A stretch of 64,000 bases of DNA from an uncultured virus (IMG/VR IMGVR_UViG_3300037961_006532) (taxonomy: Duplodnaviria; Heunggongvirae; Uroviricota; Caudoviricetes): positions 1-64,000 of IMG/VR virus record IMGVR_UViG_3300037961_006532; one strand, written 5' to 3'. A program made the translations under genes and the position numbers. Positions 61,589 to 64,000 of the stretch are shown here, in pieces. The notes under the pieces are model-generated. The model made no database searches, had not been told where the DNA came from, and saw only the letters and a list, made by a program, of their open reading frames with translations. The number at the start of each line of letters is the position of its first letter. Position 1 is the first letter of the stretch.

Positions 61589-61611
61589 ATTAATATTTAT
61601 CTTATATATTG

Positions 61612-61639
61612 TTGATTACAATTATTACTACTATATAAT
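61612..61639 (+). promoter_or_regulatory. Sigma70-like promoter, leaderless geometry
   Basis: TTGATT-N16-TATAAT-N6-ATG 61646. Confidence 0.65.
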
Positions 61640-61645
61640 AATATA

Positions 61646-61855
61646 ATGATTAACAAGTTTAATGATATTATGTATAGTACTTTGCATTGGTCATTACCAA
61701 AATATCACGGTAGTATAAATGATATATTTCAAGATATACAAACTAAGAAATTAGAAGATGATTATGTAAAGTTTTATGAAAAATTTTCTGAAAATATAAT
61801 GCCATACGATATACTAGTTGAGTATAAAAATAAAAAATTTAAATATAATAAATGA
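61646..61855 (+). CDS. Small hypothetical protein
   Basis: Promoter geometry supports the start; ATGA overlap with the next gene. Confidence 0.45.
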   Translation: MINKFNDIMYSTLHWSLPKYHGSINDIFQDIQTKKLEDDYVKFYEKFSENIMPYDILVEYKNKKFKYNK

Positions 61856-62763
61856 AAAAAGATAACTACGTAATTTTTAATCCTGAAGGCGGATTAGGTA
61901 AAATAATTGCATCGACAGCGCTAATAAAATATATACATAAAAAGTATCCTGACCATAAGATCATAGTTGTTACGCCTTGGGCAGAAATATATTTAAATAA
62001 CCCTAATATATATAGAGCATATAAAAATTTTAGTACACCTTATTTTTATAAAGATTATATAGAAGGAAGAGACTCAGTAGTTTTGAAAGGTGAACCGTAT
62101 TTTCAAAATGGTCACATTTATCAAAGAAATCATTTAATACAATCATGGTGTGACTTATTTAACTTAGACTATGATGGTGAAGAACCTAAACCAGAGTTAT
62201 TTTTTAATCAAGTTGAATTTGATGAGTATGCTAAAAACTTTACTTCATTCGATAAACCTGTTTTACTATTTCAAACTAATGGCGGTCCATATGAAGATGA
62301 AAGAGGCTATTGCTGGACTAGAGACTTTCCTTTAAATCAAGCTCAAATATTAACTGATGAGTTATGTAAAGGTTATTCAGTAGTACAAGTAGCTAAAAAG
62401 AATGCTCCTAGATTACAAAATGCAACTTATATTGATGATGTCCCTAATAAAAGAACTTTTATTGCAATGTTAGCTAGATCTCAAAAACGAATATTAATCG
62501 ATAGTTGTTTGCAACATGCAGCAGCAGCATTTAACTTACCATCAACTGTATGTTGGGTAGGTACTAAACCTGAAGTTTTTGGATATAAGTTGCATAATAA
62601 TATAGTACCTAACTTACCTAAACTAGAACATGGAACTTTAGGAGTTGATAATCAATTTTTTGATTCAGATTTTAATGGACCTGAACATGAGTTTCCATAT
62701 CCGTCAACAGATATATTTCCCCTACAAGATATATTTGATTCAATAGTTAAAGAAGAAAATTAA
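61852..62763 (+). CDS. GT-B glycosyltransferase, GT9 (heptosyltransferase)-like
   Basis: GGLGKII..YPDHKIIV..NNPNI; IDSCLQHAAAAFNLPSTVCW. Confidence 0.7.
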   Translation: MKKDNYVIFNPEGGLGKIIASTALIKYIHKKYPDHKIIVVTPWAEIYLNNPNIYRAYKNFSTPYFYKDYIEGRDSVVLKGEPYFQNGHIYQRNHLIQSWCDLFNLDYDGEEPKPELFFNQVEFDEYAKNFTSFDKPVLLFQTNGGPYEDERGYCWTRDFPLNQAQILTDELCKGYSVVQVAKKNAPRLQNATYIDDVPNKRTFIAMLARSQKRILIDSCLQHAAAAFNLPSTVCWVGTKPEVFGYKLHNNIVPNLPKLEHGTLGVDNQFFDSDFNGPEHEFPYPSTDIFPLQDIFDSIVKEEN

Positions 62764-64000
62764 CAGCCATTATTACTGCACATAGTTCCTTCTACTTTCC
62801 CTCTAGTACAAATAAGACCGTCTTGATATCTAACAGCTCTGCAACAAGTACGATTGCTGCTACACCAATCAAAAAATGCAGTAGTAGGTAATTTTATACA
62901 CCAACCACATCCACCTGGAGGAGGGCAAACTAATTTAAAGTAAGCTGCTCCAACGCTTGTACCACATTGACCAGCTGGAGATGCAACAGTAGATGTAGCA
63001 TAACAATTTCCAACTCCACCTTTCCATCTATAATTGTTATTAGCAAAAGAACAACTACAATTAACATTTAAGTATGCTGGGGCAAAATTACCTTCAAAAT
63101 TTATACACCCATTTTGAATATTACATCTTACTGCAGTATAACAAATACCAGATAATAAATTTAAAACCTGTATACCGTTCATGTAATTAAATCCAAAATC
63201 ATAACCTGTTACAGCTGGGCCTCCAGTCCACATATGACCACTTAAAGGGTCTCCTGCTATACCTATATTACAGCAATAACCAAATAAAGACCCACCGGGT
63301 CTAGAATTATTACATCTCTTTCTTTGAAAGTTTCTTAATCCAAAGAAATGCATATTAGGAGGACCTCCATATGCTCCTATATTAGGTATCATATTAGCAC
63401 ACTCTTGACCTTTTGTTTTACATGAAAAGCTACAACCTTCAAAAAAGATATGCTGCATGCCATTATTTTTACAAATACTGGCGGTAGTTCCTGGTGGGTG
63501 GGTGGGAGAACTACCTAAATAAAACTTCTCCATTGCTGATAAACCATATCTAACGCAATTAGTATTACTATCCATAGGACAATAGCCTGGAGCATTAGTT
63601 ACAAAACTTAAAGTTTGTGCATCGTTTCGATTTATTCTTCCTGATAATTCAACTCCGAACAAATTTACAACTTTTAAACATGTACTTGGACCGACACAAT
63701 CACCTGCTGTACTTCCGCAGCTAGTTTTAAAATTAGCTTGCATTGGAGTGAAGTCTGCAGACATACTTGGTACGTGATTAGCTCCACATCCTCCAAAAAA
63801 TGTACCGTTACTATTAAATGTTTGTAAAAATCTCATATTAACAGGAAATGCAGACATCATTCCAGATAAAAATGGATTGCCTGATGCAAATAATGACCTT
63901 ATATTAGGAGGAAAAGCACCAAAATTTGATCCTGATATACTATTATTTGCAGTAGGTTGATATCCAGCGCCATCATAATTAGGTTTGCAAGTATTTTGGT
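62760..64000 (-). CDS. Cys-rich, degenerate LRR-like protein (5' end beyond the window)
   Basis: Frame is stop-free to the window edge; FPPNIRSLFASGNPFLSG, FPVNMRFLQTFNSNG, CLKVVNLFGVELSG; about 29 Cys in the last 366 aa. Confidence 0.6.
   Translation of the reverse strand, partial: QNTCKPNYDGAGYQPTANNSISGSNFGAFPPNIRSLFASGNPFLSGMMSAFPVNMRFLQTFNSNGTFFGGCGANHVPSMSADFTPMQANFKTSCGSTAGDCVGPSTCLKVVNLFGVELSGRINRNDAQTLSFVTNAPGYCPMDSNTNCVRYGLSAMEKFYLGSSPTHPPGTTASICKNNGMQHIFFEGCSFSCKTKGQECANMIPNIGAYGGPPNMHFFGLRNFQRKRCNNSRPGGSLFGYCCNIGIAGDPLSGHMWTGGPAVTGYDFGFNYMNGIQVLNLLSGICYTAVRCNIQNGCINFEGNFAPAYLNVNCSCSFANNNYRWKGGVGNCYATSTVASPAGQCGTSVGAAYFKLVCPPPGGCGWCIKLPTTAFFDWCSSNRTCCRAVRYQDGLICTRGKVEGTMCSNNGC

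Noticed and set aside
1..64000. Stop-codon reassignment
   Set aside because: Conserved genes are full length in the standard code and tightly packed; TAG (e.g. 5370, 35299) and TGA act as stops
1..64000. CRISPR array, tRNA genes, introns/inteins, IS elements
   Set aside because: No spaced direct repeats or cloverleafs were seen by eye; terminase, helicase, primase and UvsX have normal lengths; no transposase or homing endonuclease motifs were recognised

Overview
AT-rich fragment of a large, divergent T4-like myophage, probably an environmental assembly (10-N gap at 29289-29298). The left part (1-18.8 kb, mostly + strand) holds recombination and replication genes: UvsX, gp41 helicase, gp32 SSB, gp45 clamp, RNase H, gp61 primase and a DHH phosphoesterase. 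Interleaved with them are (i) a QueC-like / class II glutamine amidotransferase / GNAT / DUF5664-like dNTP diphosphohydrolase / glycosyltransferase / cytidylyltransferase cluster and (ii) an NDP-sugar (rhamnose-type) cluster. The rest holds dUTPase, the clamp loader, terminase, tail sheath, tube, tape measure, baseplate, neck and fibre genes, a GT9-like glycosyltransferase and a truncated Cys-rich LRR-like gene. Main observations: (1) both promoter classes sit at a fixed distance from start codons (TTGAWW-N16-TATAAT-N6-ATG and TAAATA-N5-ATG), which implies leaderless transcripts across the window; (2) a Leu-Ser-Ala tripeptide is strongly enriched only in predicted virion proteins, a candidate sequon for phage-encoded virion glycosylation; (3) the QueC lacks its canonical Zn and YPDC cysteines and lies in a putative new nucleotide-modification cassette. 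All calls come from manual motif recognition; no searches were run and all counts are by eye.
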